A stretch of DNA of 64,000 nucleotides from an uncultured Actinomycetes bacterium (GCA_963725665.1 CAVRZA010000002.1:448001-512000), one strand, 5' to 3'. Shown: positions 35,099 to 48,312, counted from the stretch's first letter. A program made the numbers and translations. The notes: generated from the letters alone by a model not told the origin.

Positions 35099-36481
35099 AT
35101 GAGGGCGCCTGACGAATCGACTCCGGGCGGCCTTGCGGAGCCGGATCAAGGGGCCGGCGATGGCGAGCGGCAGGCCGCCGAGGAGATTGCGCGGCGCGCG
35201 AAGGCGAACCTCAAGAGCCTCGTCAGCGACGACTCCTCGCAGCTTCCCTCGCTGGGCGTCATCGCCGACGCCATCCGCCTCGAGCTCGAGGCCTCCCGCC
35301 AGGTAGCCATCCTGTATGTGAAGCTCAAGCGCTACGGCCGTCTCGAGCGCATCTTCGGCTGGGGCATCATCGGCGAGATCCTGACCGCGATCGCGCGCAA
35401 CCTGCGCGAGATGGTCGGTAGCACTCTTCGCGCCCTCGACGTGCTCGCCGACTTCACGCTGTCCGACAACGCCTTCGTGGTCGTTCTCTCGCCCCCGCGG
35501 AGCGGCAAGCCCATCGACGCCGAGGACCTCCTGATGGTCAGGCGGCGCGTGTACGAGCGCCTGCAGGGCACGCTCATGAACGACCTGGCCGCCGGCGTGT
35601 ACGACCGGGTGCATCCTTTCGTCGGCGCGGCCATCATCCACGCCGACGACGCGCTCACGTTCGAGCAGAACCTGCAACGAGGGGTCGCCCTGGCGATGGA
35701 GGCCGCCGAGAGCGACGCGGTGCGCTATGACGCGGAACTCGAGGCCACGCTGGCCGAACTTCTGGCGAACGAAGATATCGAGCCGCTCTTCCAGCCCATC
35801 GTGGATGTGCGCCGCAAGGGCGTGATCGCCTATCACGCCACGAGCCGCGGCCCCTTCTACTCGCCGTTGCGGCTTCCCGACGTGCTCAACGATGTCGCCC
35901 GTCGTTCGCCCCTGCTTGGGACGTACGGAGTGGCGGCGCGCGAGGCCGCCGTCGCGAAGGCCGTCGGCCTCATGCCCGAGGAGCTCCTCTTCGTGGGCTG
36001 CGCGGCGAGCGAGCTGCCCAACGCGGGCATCGTCGCGTTGAGCGAGTTCTACTCGCTCAACACGGCGCTGGTGCCACAGCACGTCGTCTTCGAGATGCCG
36101 GTCGGCGACCTCACGGCCAACCCCGCATCGACCCTGCGTACTCTGGGCCAGCTACGCGAGACGGGTTTCCAGCTCTGCTTCGCCGATCTGGGTGGGGAGC
36201 TCACGGTGCTCGAACTGGTGGCGCAAGCCCAGCCCGATTTCGTGAGCCTCGACCCCCTGCTCGTGGCCGGCTTGCCCGGCGACCCGACGCTCGTCGACAC
36301 GACCGCCCTGCTGGCGCGCTTCGCGGCGCGTCTCGGCGTCCAGCTAGTGGCGCCCGACGTGACCGCGGTCGAGCAGCTCGACGCCCTGCGTCGCGTCGGC
36401 GTCGAGCTCGTGCGCGGCGACCTCGTCGCGCGTCCCGACACGCGGCTGCCCAAGGTGTCGCTCTCGAGACTGGGACTGTAG
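35099..36481 (+). CDS. Degenerate GGDEF-EAL protein
   Basis: FQPIVD..YHATSRG (EAL->HAT), ADLGG in place of DDFG; upstream GGDEF-like segment lacking signature. Confidence 0.75.
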   Translation: MRAPDESTPGGLAEPDQGAGDGERQAAEEIARRAKANLKSLVSDDSSQLPSLGVIADAIRLELEASRQVAILYVKLKRYGRLERIFGWGIIGEILTAIARNLREMVGSTLRALDVLADFTLSDNAFVVVLSPPRSGKPIDAEDLLMVRRRVYERLQGTLMNDLAAGVYDRVHPFVGAAIIHADDALTFEQNLQRGVALAMEAAESDAVRYDAELEATLAELLANEDIEPLFQPIVDVRRKGVIAYHATSRGPFYSPLRLPDVLNDVARRSPLLGTYGVAAREAAVAKAVGLMPEELLFVGCAASELPNAGIVALSEFYSLNTALVPQHVVFEMPVGDLTANPASTLRTLGQLRETGFQLCFADLGGELTVLELVAQAQPDFVSLDPLLVAGLPGDPTLVDTTALLARFAARLGVQLVAPDVTAVEQLDALRRVGVELVRGDLVARPDTRLPKVSLSRLGL

Positions 36482-36494
36482 CGGCCAGGCGCCT

Positions 36495-37421
36495 TCAGGC
36501 CGTGAGCGTCGCTCTCGGCCTTTCATGTAAGGTCTTCGTCTTCGGCGCCGGCGTGGTCTCGGAGGCCGCCGTGACGCGGTTACGCCCGCGCCGCTTCGAT
36601 TCGTAGAGGGCCTGGTCGGCGCGCGCGACGAGCTCTCGCTCGTCGCGCGCGCCGACCGGATAGCCGGCTACGCCGGCGCTGCCGGCGGCGAAAACGACCC
36701 TGCCGTCGCCCAGCGACACGCCGGTCCCCTCGATGGCGCGCCGCACGCGCTCGGCGAGCTCGAAGCCCTCACGCTCGCCGCCCCTGATGAGGAGGGCGAA
36801 CTCCTCGCCGCCGTAGCGCGCGGCCATGTCCGCCTCGCGAACATGGCCGAGCAGCGTCGCGCCGACTCGGCGCAGAAGCTCGTTGCCCACCTGGTGCCCG
36901 TAGCGGTCGTTGAAGCGTTTGAAGTGGTCGAGGTCGACCATGATCAGGCAGAGCTCGCCGCCGTAGCGCTCTGCCTTGCGCACCTCGTTGCGCAAGTAGT
37001 CGACGAAGGTGCCGTACGTGTAGAGACCCGTAAGGCGGTCGGTGAGCGACGTCGCGGCGAGCTCGTCGTGGCGCACGCGATGACGGCGCTGCAGACGAGC
37101 GAGGGCCAGACCGGCCGCGGCATACAGAGCGCAGGCGACGAGCGCCTCGACGGCCGCGGGTCCCGTCCAGGCGTCGCCCTCTCGACCCGCGAAGGCCGAA
37201 GCCAGCACGAGACCCGCGCAGAGTGAGGCGACTATGGCTCCGGCCTCGACGAAGAAGACGGCCCCGAGCAGCACGGGCAGGAGGAACAGGGGAAAGAGGG
37301 GGGGGCCGGCCGCCAGCACCGAGACCGCGCTGATGAGCAGGACGGATGCCAGAGCGACCGCCCGGCGGGCGGCGAAACGGCGTCCCGCGGCATCGCGGTG
37401 GACTCGGCTCGCTCTCGTCAA
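36495..37421 (-). CDS. Membrane-anchored diguanylate cyclase
   Basis: TM helices, DRLTGL, DLDHFKRFNDRYGH, RYGGEEF with RxxD I-site. Confidence 0.92.
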   Translation of the reverse strand: MTRASRVHRDAAGRRFAARRAVALASVLLISAVSVLAAGPPLFPLFLLPVLLGAVFFVEAGAIVASLCAGLVLASAFAGREGDAWTGPAAVEALVACALYAAAGLALARLQRRHRVRHDELAATSLTDRLTGLYTYGTFVDYLRNEVRKAERYGGELCLIMVDLDHFKRFNDRYGHQVGNELLRRVGATLLGHVREADMAARYGGEEFALLIRGGEREGFELAERVRRAIEGTGVSLGDGRVVFAAGSAGVAGYPVGARDERELVARADQALYESKRRGRNRVTAASETTPAPKTKTLHERPRATLTA

Positions 37422-37545
37422 CCGATTCGCTCCGGCCTCCTCGATCGCCCTTTCTACGGGCGCTGGCCGACTCCTTCTCGGCGTGCCGGGCGGTGATTAC
37501 AGATCTGGCGACGCTCCTGACGACCGCTACGGTAGAATCGTGGAC

Positions 37546-38334
37546 ATGCCGACCATCCTCCTGACCAACGACGACGGCATCTCATCGCCGGCTCTCCTCT
37601 CTCTGCGTCGCGTCCTCCAGCCTCTGGGCACCGTCATCACCATCGCCCCCGACCGCAACTACAGCGCCGTCGCGCGCGGCATCACGATCGACCGCGCGCT
37701 GCACATCGATCCGCTCACCTTGGGCGAGGCCGGCTACTACGGCAACGCCGTCAACGGCACGCCGGTCGACTGCGTGCGCGTCGCTATGCTGGGATTCTTC
37801 GGGCCGCGCCCCGACTTCATCGTCTCGGGGGTGAACACCGGCGCCAACCTGGGCGACGACGTCACCTATTCGGGCACCGTCGCGGCGGCTCTCGAAGGCG
37901 TGCTGCTCGGTCTACCGGCGGCGGCCGTGTCGGTCGCCTCGCGCGAGCCGCACTACGTCGACGAGACGGCTGGAGTCGTGGTTCCTCTCGTCAGACGTGC
38001 GCTCGATGAGGGTCTGCCGCCGCGCACGCTCATCAACATCAACATCCCGGAGCTGCCCCTCGCCGCGATCAAGGGCATCAGACTGACCCACCTGGGACGG
38101 GCGAGCTTCCACGACCGGCTGGTCGTCGAGAGCGAGGACGGCTCGCACAACACCTACAGCATGAAGAGCATCAAGAACGGCGACGCCGACCACGAGGCCG
38201 GCAGCGACTTCGAGGCGGTGCGCAACGGGTACGTGTCGCTCACGCCGCTGCGCTTCGACCTCAGCAGCGAGCCTGGAGAGAGGGCGCTGCGCGACTGGGA
38301 CCTCGCCGGCCTGTTCGCCGAGACGGGCGGCTAG
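37546..38334 (+). CDS. surE: 5'/3'-nucleotidase SurE
   Basis: ILLTNDDGI, GTPVDCV, SGVNTGANLGDDVTYSGTV; TAGAAT 7 nt upstream (leaderless-like). Confidence 0.96.
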   Translation: MPTILLTNDDGISSPALLSLRRVLQPLGTVITIAPDRNYSAVARGITIDRALHIDPLTLGEAGYYGNAVNGTPVDCVRVAMLGFFGPRPDFIVSGVNTGANLGDDVTYSGTVAAALEGVLLGLPAAAVSVASREPHYVDETAGVVVPLVRRALDEGLPPRTLININIPELPLAAIKGIRLTHLGRASFHDRLVVESEDGSHNTYSMKSIKNGDADHEAGSDFEAVRNGYVSLTPLRFDLSSEPGERALRDWDLAGLFAETGG

Positions 38335-38339
38335 GAACA

Positions 38340-41181
<2,842 letters not shown>

Positions 41182-41232
41182 GGGTCGGCGTGACCATCGA
41201 GCCGCGCCCGAGCCGGTGGGCCCCGCGGACGG

Positions 41233-41268
41233 TTAATCGTAGTTAAGCCGCTCTTAACACGCGCTTAA
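41233..41268 (+). promoter_or_regulatory. Four helically phased TTAA repeats (candidate response-regulator binding site)
   Basis: TTAA at 41233, 41243, 41254, 41265 in a GC-rich background; CAGAAT -10-like element at 41280. Confidence 0.5.
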
Positions 41269-41289
41269 CGAAGAACGGACAGAATGCGG

Positions 41290-41391
41290 ACCGTGGCTCC
41301 TTTCGCTGTTGAAGCGAGTGACCCCCCTACCTAAGGGCGCACCCCAAGCCCTGAAGTGACAGGCCCCGTTCCCGGCGGGGTCTGTTTTTTT
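41290..41391 (+). ncRNA. Candidate ~100-nt small RNA
   Basis: Promoter-like elements, no convincing ORF, CTCCTTT and C-rich segments, ends in hairpin plus T7. Confidence 0.35.
41359..41391 (+). terminator. Rho-independent terminator
   Basis: acaggccccgtt-ccc-ggcggggtctgt followed by T run. Confidence 0.85.
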
Positions 41392-41476
41392 CGTGTCGGC
41401 TGTTCTGCAGCCTCGGCGAGTCGCCCTCACCGCGCACTGTTCACCGCCTCCGTGGCTGTCGATAGACTAGGAGGAG

Positions 41477-41552
41477 GCCGGCGTAGCTCAGTTGGCAGAG
41501 CAGCTGTCTTGTAAACAGCAGGTCGACGGTTCGATTCCGCCCGCCGGCTCCA
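41477..41552 (+). tRNA. tRNA-Thr (anticodon TGT)
   Basis: 76 nt; anticodon stem gctgt/acagc with loop CT-TGT-AA; CCA end; one A-C mismatch in T-stem. Confidence 0.94.
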
Positions 41553-41749
41553 CAGAATCCCTGCAAGCCGCATTACATCGAGTCGGCCTTGCTGCCGACG
41601 TAGTGGTGACCCGTCGAACGGAAACGGACCTTTCGTCTCGATAGTCCTCCTGCCGGGGACATATCGGACACCGGCCGGTTCCGGCCGGGGTGTCCAGGGG
41701 CGATGTTGTTCGGTGGCCCTTGGCGAACGTTCCACCAGGAGGTACCAGA

Positions 41750-42472
41750 ATGTCACGCACAGCATTGGTGTTCCCGGTCTTGCCGGGCAAGGACGCGAGG
41801 GATATCGCCAACGAGATGAAATCCCGTCCGCGCGAGTACGAGGAGTCTCGCAGGAGGCTCGGGATCACCATGGAGAGGGCGTACCTGCAGCACACCCCCA
41901 TGGGGGACTTCGTCACCGCCTACCACGAGGCCGAAGGCGACGTGCTGGAGAAGTTCGGCAAGCTGGCGTCGTCCGATCTCGACATCGACCGCTACTTCGT
42001 GAAGGCCGCCAAGGAGATCCACGGCGTCGACCTCACGCAGCCGATGCCTGGTCCCCAGCCGGAGACGATAGCTGCATGGTTCGACTCGACGGCCAAGGGC
42101 CGGGGCCGGGGTATGGCCCTCTGCGCCCCGCTCGCCCCAGGCGAGACCGAGAGGGCAAGGGCCTTCGCCGCCGACGCCTACCACCGCGACGAGTTCGCGG
42201 CGTCACGCCGCAGGCTCAACGTGAACGGGGAACTGCTCACACTCCAGTCGACGCCGCATGGCGACCTCGTCGGCATCTACATCGAGGGCGACGATCCCGC
42301 GAAGGGCAACGCCGGCTTCGCCGCATCCCAGGACCCCTTCGACCTGTGGTTCAAAGAACAACTGACGAAGATCTTTCCTCCGTCGGTCGACTTCTCCAAG
42401 CCCGTCGAGGGCGTTGAGGAGATCTTCGACTCGACCAAGGTCGCCGATCTGAGCTTGGGCAAGGCGGCCTGA
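41750..42472 (+). CDS. Hypothetical protein with two internally repeated domains
   Basis: AGGAGG RBS; EYEESRRRLG..LQHTPMGD..YHEAE repeated as EFAASRRRLN..LQSTPHGD..YIEGD. Confidence 0.75.
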   Translation: MSRTALVFPVLPGKDARDIANEMKSRPREYEESRRRLGITMERAYLQHTPMGDFVTAYHEAEGDVLEKFGKLASSDLDIDRYFVKAAKEIHGVDLTQPMPGPQPETIAAWFDSTAKGRGRGMALCAPLAPGETERARAFAADAYHRDEFAASRRRLNVNGELLTLQSTPHGDLVGIYIEGDDPAKGNAGFAASQDPFDLWFKEQLTKIFPPSVDFSKPVEGVEEIFDSTKVADLSLGKAA

Positions 42473-42587
42473 GGCAGCTACACGCAGACGACTGAGGAGG
42501 CCCAGGCCGCGAGCCGGGCGATGCGACGAGCCCGGGGACGCCCAGGGCGCTCAGAAGCCTCAAGGGCAGTCGAAGAGAGCCTAGTCG

Positions 42588-42624
42588 GCGGCGCCGGCGG
42601 CGGCTTGGCCGCCGCCGGCGCCGC
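42588..42624. terminator. GC hairpin
   Basis: gcggcgccggcggcggc-ttg-gccgccgccggcgccgc. Confidence 0.6.
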
Positions 42625-42629
42625 TCACG

Positions 42630-42875
42630 TCAGGCCTGGAACGGACTGTCGTCCTTGGCCTCGCTGAACAGCCGTTTGTTCGTCGCGCGCAGGTCGTGCT
42701 CGCGGGAGTGGCCGCCGTGCTTCCTGCCTTGCAGGCGATCGAGAGCGGCCACCCGTTCTCCGAGCTGCAGCAGCCCGTCCTCGTCAGTGTCGATCCCCGT
42801 CACAGCCTTGTAGAGCTCGCTGAGGATGGTGTCGTCGCCAGTCAGGTCATCGTCGAAGAAGTTGAGCAGCGACTC
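42630..42875 (-). pseudogene. Fragment resembling an aldehyde:ferredoxin oxidoreductase C-terminal domain
   Basis: SELYKAVTGIDTDEDGLLQLGERVAALDRL...SREHD; no start codon or N-terminal part. Confidence 0.55.
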
Positions 42876-43251
42876 GCGTCGACCGTCAGGTGGCCGGAGG
42901 AGAGGACCGTTACTGTGAGACCCCGGTCGTTGGCGGTCGCTCCCTTTCCGTGGATGACGTTGATGCGCCAGCGTCCATCGACGTCCCCTGGGCCATCCGG
43001 CCTGTGTCGACTACGGTGATGCACGTAGACCGTGCGGTCAAAGGCTCGCAGGATGGCAGGAGAGGTGACTGAGGGCGGACTGTCCACCGTACACTCGCAA
43101 GCGCGCGCGACGAAGGCGACCGAACGACGGACGCCGACTCGTTCGTCGCTTCGGTCGCCGCGGAGAAGATCGACGCGGGACTGCGGGCGGCACTCGCAGG
43201 ATAGGGCATCCCGGCGGCGGCGCCGACACCATGTGGACTGCAGTCCAGGGG

Positions 43252-44194
43252 TCATGGGCTCCGAATGACCGACCGGATGAACGTCCGCACGTGCGCGTTG
43301 AACTCCTGGGCGCCTCCACGTTCGCCGAGTGACCCACGCCCTCAATGACCACAAGCTGCGACGAGGGGATCCGTTGATTGAGTTCGTTGGCGACCTTCAG
43401 CGGCGATCGCTGATCGAGTTCTCCGTACAGCAGGAGCGTGGGAACCTCGATCCGGGGAAGGACGTCTCGGAGGTCCGCCTCCGCCATCGAGTGCGCCATC
43501 GCCCGGTATCCGCCGGGCTTCCGGCTGCCCGTGTTGTCCGCCCACATGACTGTCAGCTCTTCAAGCAGACCCGAGGGGGCACCGGCGCTGAGCACCCCGG
43601 GGAATGCCTCGAGCACCTCCTCGAGTGGCAGGTCGGCGGCAGCGAGGACGCCCTCAAGGCGTGCCGCAGTCTCTTCGGGGGAGAGGGAGCCCGCCCATCC
43701 TGCATAGGCCGAGGCCAGGATGAGCGATGCGGGCACATGCGGATGCCGCCGGTACAGCTCGAGCGCCACGGAGCTTCCCCAGGAGAGGCCAAGGACGTGC
43801 GGGCGTTCGATCCCTGTGGCACTGACACGACGCAGCGTCGCCGCCGGTACAGCTCAAGCGCCACGGAGCTTCCCCAGGAAAGGCCGAGGACGTGTGGGCG
43901 TTCGATCCCTGTGGCGCGGAGCCACGACGCCAGCGCGTCCGCATACTCGGGCATACGCCAACTCTCCGGCACATCGGAGGAGCGGCCGCAGCCGGGTGCG
44001 TCCCAGGCCAGCACGGTGAACTCGTCCGCGAGGCCGTCTACCTGCCGGCGCCACGAGCGGCTGTCCTCCATGCCGCCATGGAGCAGGACGAGCGGCGGGC
44101 CGTCGCCGGCCTGCGTGTAGGCGATCCGCAGGTCGCCGAGTTGCAGCTCTCTCAATGCCTGTGCCTCCGCGCTGGACTCATGGATTGTTCCCAA
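43252..44194 (-). pseudogene. alpha/beta hydrolase disrupted by internal duplication and a frameshift
   Basis: LLHGG, WDAPGCGRS, GLSWG nucleophile motif, GELD, GHSAN; 76-bp duplication shifts the frame; further shift near 43305. Confidence 0.75.
43745..43915. repeat. 76-bp direct repeat (43745-43820 and 43840-43915)
   Basis: 4 mismatches, all synonymous in the hydrolase frame. Confidence 0.9.
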
Positions 44195-44530
44195 GCTGAT
44201 GCTCGGTCCCGACGTTCATGCTGAGCACCGCCTCCCGATTCGCAGCTCGTTGCCAACAAGCCCATCAGGATCAGTGATGAAACGCCCCGTTCGCAAGTTC
44301 CTTCCCATAGCAGCGCCGCATGTCTTGTGTGATCCGCGGCCAGCGGCCTTCGTCCACCTTGCGGTGCGTAACGCAGCCGGTTCCCAGTGTCCGGGCGCCC
44401 TCGCACAGGTCCTTGACCTTCTCTCACTTGCAGCCACGGACTCTGACGCGCATCATGGCGCGAACACAGACGAACGCGAGCAGTCTGAGATGCGCCGGGC
44501 AGCGTCGCTCGGCGGCAGGAAGGGAGTGCC

Positions 44531-45655
44531 ATGATCATAGGCGTGCCGAGGGAGATCAAGGATGGCGAGTACCGCGTCGCCGTCACGCCGACCGGGGTGC
44601 GCGAGTTGATCCGCGCCGGTCACAACGTGATCGTCGAAGCCGGCGCCGGCCTGGGCTCGGGGTTCTGGGACGACGCGTACACCAAGGCCGGCGCCACGAT
44701 CGGGTTGCGCGACCAGGCCTGGGAGAAGGCCGACATGGTCATCAAGGTGAAGGAGCCCCAGCCGGTCGAATGGCCCAAGCTCAAGCCCGGGCAGATCCTC
44801 TTCACCTACCTGCATCTGGCGGCGTCCTACGAGAAGGACGTCGCTGAGGCGATGATAAAGGCCGACATCCGCGCCATCGCCTACGAGACCGTCGCAACGC
44901 CCAAAGGGCATCCGCTGCTGGCGCCGATGAGCAGGGTCGCGGGGCGGCTGGCAATCCAGGCCGGCGCGACCGCCCTGCAGAAGAACAACGGCGGCTCGGG
45001 TGTGCTCCTCGGCGGCATCCCCGGCGTGCCCCCGGCGAAGGTGGTCATCATCGGCGGCGGCACCGTGGGGGTCAACGCGGCGAAGATGGCCATCGGCGCG
45101 CGCGCGCGCGTCGTCCTCCTGGAGAAGGACGCCGACCGCCTAGGCTACGTCGACGACATCTTCGGCGGCCGCGCAGAGACGATGCTCTCCAACGAAGCCA
45201 CGGTCGAGGAGGCTCTTGAGGGCGCCGATCTGGTCGTCGGCGCAGTCCTTCTCCCTGGCGGCGCCCCGGCGCCACATCTCGTCAAACGGTCCATGCTGAA
45301 GAACATGAGGCCCGGCTCGGTGCTCGTCGACGTCGCCATCGACCAGGGAGGTTGCTTCGAGACCTCGAGACCGACCACGCACAGCGATCCCACGTACGTC
45401 GTCGACGGCGTGGTGCACTACTGCGTGACCAACATGGCCGCCTCGGTGGCGCGCACGTCGACGCTGGCCCTCACCGGCGTGACCCTGCCATACGCCGTGC
45501 ACATCGCCTCGAGGGGCTTCGAGGAGGCGGTGAAGGACGACCCCGCGCTCCGCCCGGGCGTCAACGTCTACCGCGGCAATCTCACCATCGAGTCGGTGGC
45601 GCAGGCCCACGGGCTCTCCTACACCCCCCTGTCCGAGGTGATGGCGCTCGCGTAG
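44531..45655 (+). CDS. ald: Alanine dehydrogenase
   Basis: IGVPREIKDGEYRVA, KVKEP, FTYLHLA, DVAIDQGGCFETSRPTTH, HYCVTNM. Confidence 0.96.
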   Translation: MIIGVPREIKDGEYRVAVTPTGVRELIRAGHNVIVEAGAGLGSGFWDDAYTKAGATIGLRDQAWEKADMVIKVKEPQPVEWPKLKPGQILFTYLHLAASYEKDVAEAMIKADIRAIAYETVATPKGHPLLAPMSRVAGRLAIQAGATALQKNNGGSGVLLGGIPGVPPAKVVIIGGGTVGVNAAKMAIGARARVVLLEKDADRLGYVDDIFGGRAETMLSNEATVEEALEGADLVVGAVLLPGGAPAPHLVKRSMLKNMRPGSVLVDVAIDQGGCFETSRPTTHSDPTYVVDGVVHYCVTNMAASVARTSTLALTGVTLPYAVHIASRGFEEAVKDDPALRPGVNVYRGNLTIESVAQAHGLSYTPLSEVMALA

Positions 45656-45929
45656 GAGGAGGGTGGTCGCGCCGCGTCATCCACGTCGGCCACCTTCGCA
45701 CGTACGACGGGGGCCGCCGGCGACGTTAGTCGCCGGCGACCCCCGTCCACTGACGCCCGGCTCTGTTCTTCGCGGTGTACAGGATCGTCGGCGGGGCAGT
45801 AGTATCCTCCTGCTCCAGCCCCCGAGAGAACGCCGCGGTTCGCTTCGCTCACGGTGGCGTGGGAGGCTCCATCCTTAGGTGGTCGCGGTGTCGCGACGAT
45901 CCCGGAGGGCAGCAACGGAGGTGATCCCC

Positions 45930-47315
45930 GTGGAGGCCAGGATCCCGACCCGCATGGGCGACGGCTCGCTGGTCGAGATGACACGCAGCGAGCTGAAAGC
46001 CGACCTCGAGGCGGGCACGCAGATCGCCGCCAAGAGAGCCAAGGTCCCCGAGCTCGCGCAGGACGAGCTCGACCACCTGCTCGACATCTACGCCTCGCCG
46101 GCACGCTTCACGGCCGTCGACATCGGCGACGAGGTCGTGATGACCAACGACGGCACCGGCAGCAAGCACATCGGTAACCGGGTGTCCGACCTGCAAGCCT
46201 ACGAGGCGCTGCTCGGCATCGACATCGTCGAGCTCTGGCAGATCGACTACTCCTACAAGGCGGTCAAGACCAACGTCGCCCACGAGGGGCAGTCGATGAA
46301 GATCGCCCAGATGCTCTGCACCAACCCCGTGCAGTACGGCGCCATGCCCGACCTGGGACGCTACTCCAAGCCCGACGGACCCATCGACAACTGGTCGGAG
46401 CTCCTGCCGCAGGGGAAGATCGACGAGGCGAGGGCGGCTCAGGAAGCGGCCGAGGGGATGCTCGTCGGCGACATCATGTTCGTTGCCGACCACATGGTCG
46501 AGGCGGGGACCGACGGCATCGACATGGACACGACTGGCGCCGCCGGCGACGCCGACTTCCGGGCCGCGCTCACCGCCTGCCGCAAGCTGCGCGAGAAGTA
46601 CCCCTGGCTGGGCATCGAGATCGGCATGGCGGCCGAGTTCGTGCTCGGCATGCACGGCAAGTTGACCTTCGACGGCGAGACCTTGGCCGGCATGTGGCCC
46701 AAGGACCAGGTGCGCATGGTCCAGCGGGCGGGGGCGAGCATCTACGGCCCCGCCGTCAACATCAACACCGGCAAGTCGACGGCTTGGAACATCGCCCGCG
46801 CCATCACCCTGATCAAGCCCGCCATGGAGGTCGCCGAGATCCCCGTGCACGTCAACGTGGGTATGGGCGTCGGCGGTGTGCCGACCTGCGTCTATCCACC
46901 CGCCGACGCCACCTCGCGGGCGTCGAAGGCCTTCGTCGACATCCTCAAGATCGACGGCTACTAGGTGGGTACGGGCGACCCCCTCGGCATGGAGTCTGCC
47001 CACACGCAGGCTTCGGGCATGGGCGGGATGCGAGCGGCCGGAGATCTGGTCGCACGCATGCAGATGACCCGGAGGATGCGTCTAGAGGAGGCCAAGCGGT
47101 ACGTGGCCGACAAGCTCGGTGTCACCCCGCGTGACCTCTCCGATCCGGTGGCGATGGAGACCGTCAGGCTTGAGAAGGGGCTGGGCACGTTGGCCTTCAC
47201 CTCGTCGGTGCACCCCGACGAGCCGGGCATGATCGAGGCCAAGTTCAACATCGCCGAGCTGCTCGACATCCCCATCAACTGCGTCGAGCGCTTCAAGGCA
47301 CGCGCGCACCTCTAG
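45930..47315 (+). CDS. mtbB: Dimethylamine:corrinoid methyltransferase MtbB-family, paralog 1, in-frame TAG (46962-46964) read as pyrrolysine
   Basis: TRMGDG, DYSYKAVK, YGAMPDLG, DTTGAAGDADF, EFVLGMHG, GMGVGGVP, KIDGY-TAG-VGTGDPLGM..ASGMGGMRAAGDLVARM; GGAGGTGA RBS; 461 aa with read-through. Confidence 0.9.
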
Positions 47316-47375
47316 ACAGGAGAGTAGCGAGCGCGATCTGACCCCCCGTGGGGGATCTCGCCGCCGCCGCCGCTT

Positions 47376-48056
47376 CTATCCCGCGGCTCCCGGCATCCCC
47401 TCGTACCGCACCACCCGGTCGGGCTTGCCGCAGAATGTGAAGCTGTTGTTCATGTGGTCGCGTTCGTCGAGCCCGATGCGCCGGAACACGTCCGCCCAGT
47501 TCTCGAAGTCTCCGTACTTCGTCACCACCTCGCCGACGACCGGCTGCTCTTCCCATTCCGGGTGATCGCGGACCATCTGCGCGTACGTGTGCTCGGCGTG
47601 GTCCTCGAGCTCGGCGTTGAGCAGGAAGCCCCTGCGTGTGTCGAGCATCGCCATCGCCCAGGTCAACAGGGCGTACGAGCGGGCCATCAACCGCGGGAGC
47701 GGCGGGGATAGATACCACGGTTCCTTGGCGCCGTCCTGGCGCATCTTCTCTTCGATGACGAGCAGGTGCCGGTACTCGTTGTCCTCAGCCTCCCGCGCCC
47801 AAGCAAGGATCGCGGGAGCCTTGCCCACGAGCTCCTCGTCCCGATAGCGCTGCACGCTCGGGTACTGGCGGTTCTGCCACGCCTTGTACGGTACACCGGC
47901 CAGCGTCTCCACCAGCCTGGCCTTGGCGAGCGTCGCTTCGCTTCCCACCATCAGATCCATGCTCGAAAAGAAGAACCGCGCCAGGGCTGAGTACGGATAC
48001 CGCGGCCGTTCCAGTGAAGCCTGCTGTTCCTTCCTCAGATCGACAGTCATGGCCAT
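47376..48056 (-). CDS. Alternative-oxidase-like diiron protein
   Basis: ETLAGVP, DNEYRHL, EDHAEHTY, DERDH match the four AOX/PTOX iron-ligand segments. Confidence 0.72.
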   Translation of the reverse strand: MAMTVDLRKEQQASLERPRYPYSALARFFFSSMDLMVGSEATLAKARLVETLAGVPYKAWQNRQYPSVQRYRDEELVGKAPAILAWAREAEDNEYRHLLVIEEKMRQDGAKEPWYLSPPLPRLMARSYALLTWAMAMLDTRRGFLLNAELEDHAEHTYAQMVRDHPEWEEQPVVGEVVTKYGDFENWADVFRRIGLDERDHMNNSFTFCGKPDRVVRYEGMPGAAG

Positions 48057-48312
48057 CTCCTCTCGGCAGGAAGGCGGGAGACCCGCTTGTTCGGACAGCG
48101 CCACTTCTCGCGCAGAGCATAGCGTGATGACCGGCGGTCTGTCTCGTTGGAGTATCGTCGCAGGCCGCGCGGGGGCGCCGGCGGCGCCGCCTCGAGATCC
48201 TTCCGCGGTGACCCTGTCGGTGTATGTCCTCTGAGTATTGATGCGCCTCGCCCTTGTCCTATGTGCTTCTCGACGGCTAGAATGCGGCACTCGCGGGTTT
48301 GTCGAAAGGAGA

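Noticed and set aside
46965-47315. Short ORFs after each mtbB TAG (46965, 55613, 57158) as separate genes
   Set aside because: They are the homologous MtbB C-terminus, in frame with the upstream part (paralog 3 after one indel), with no clear RBS
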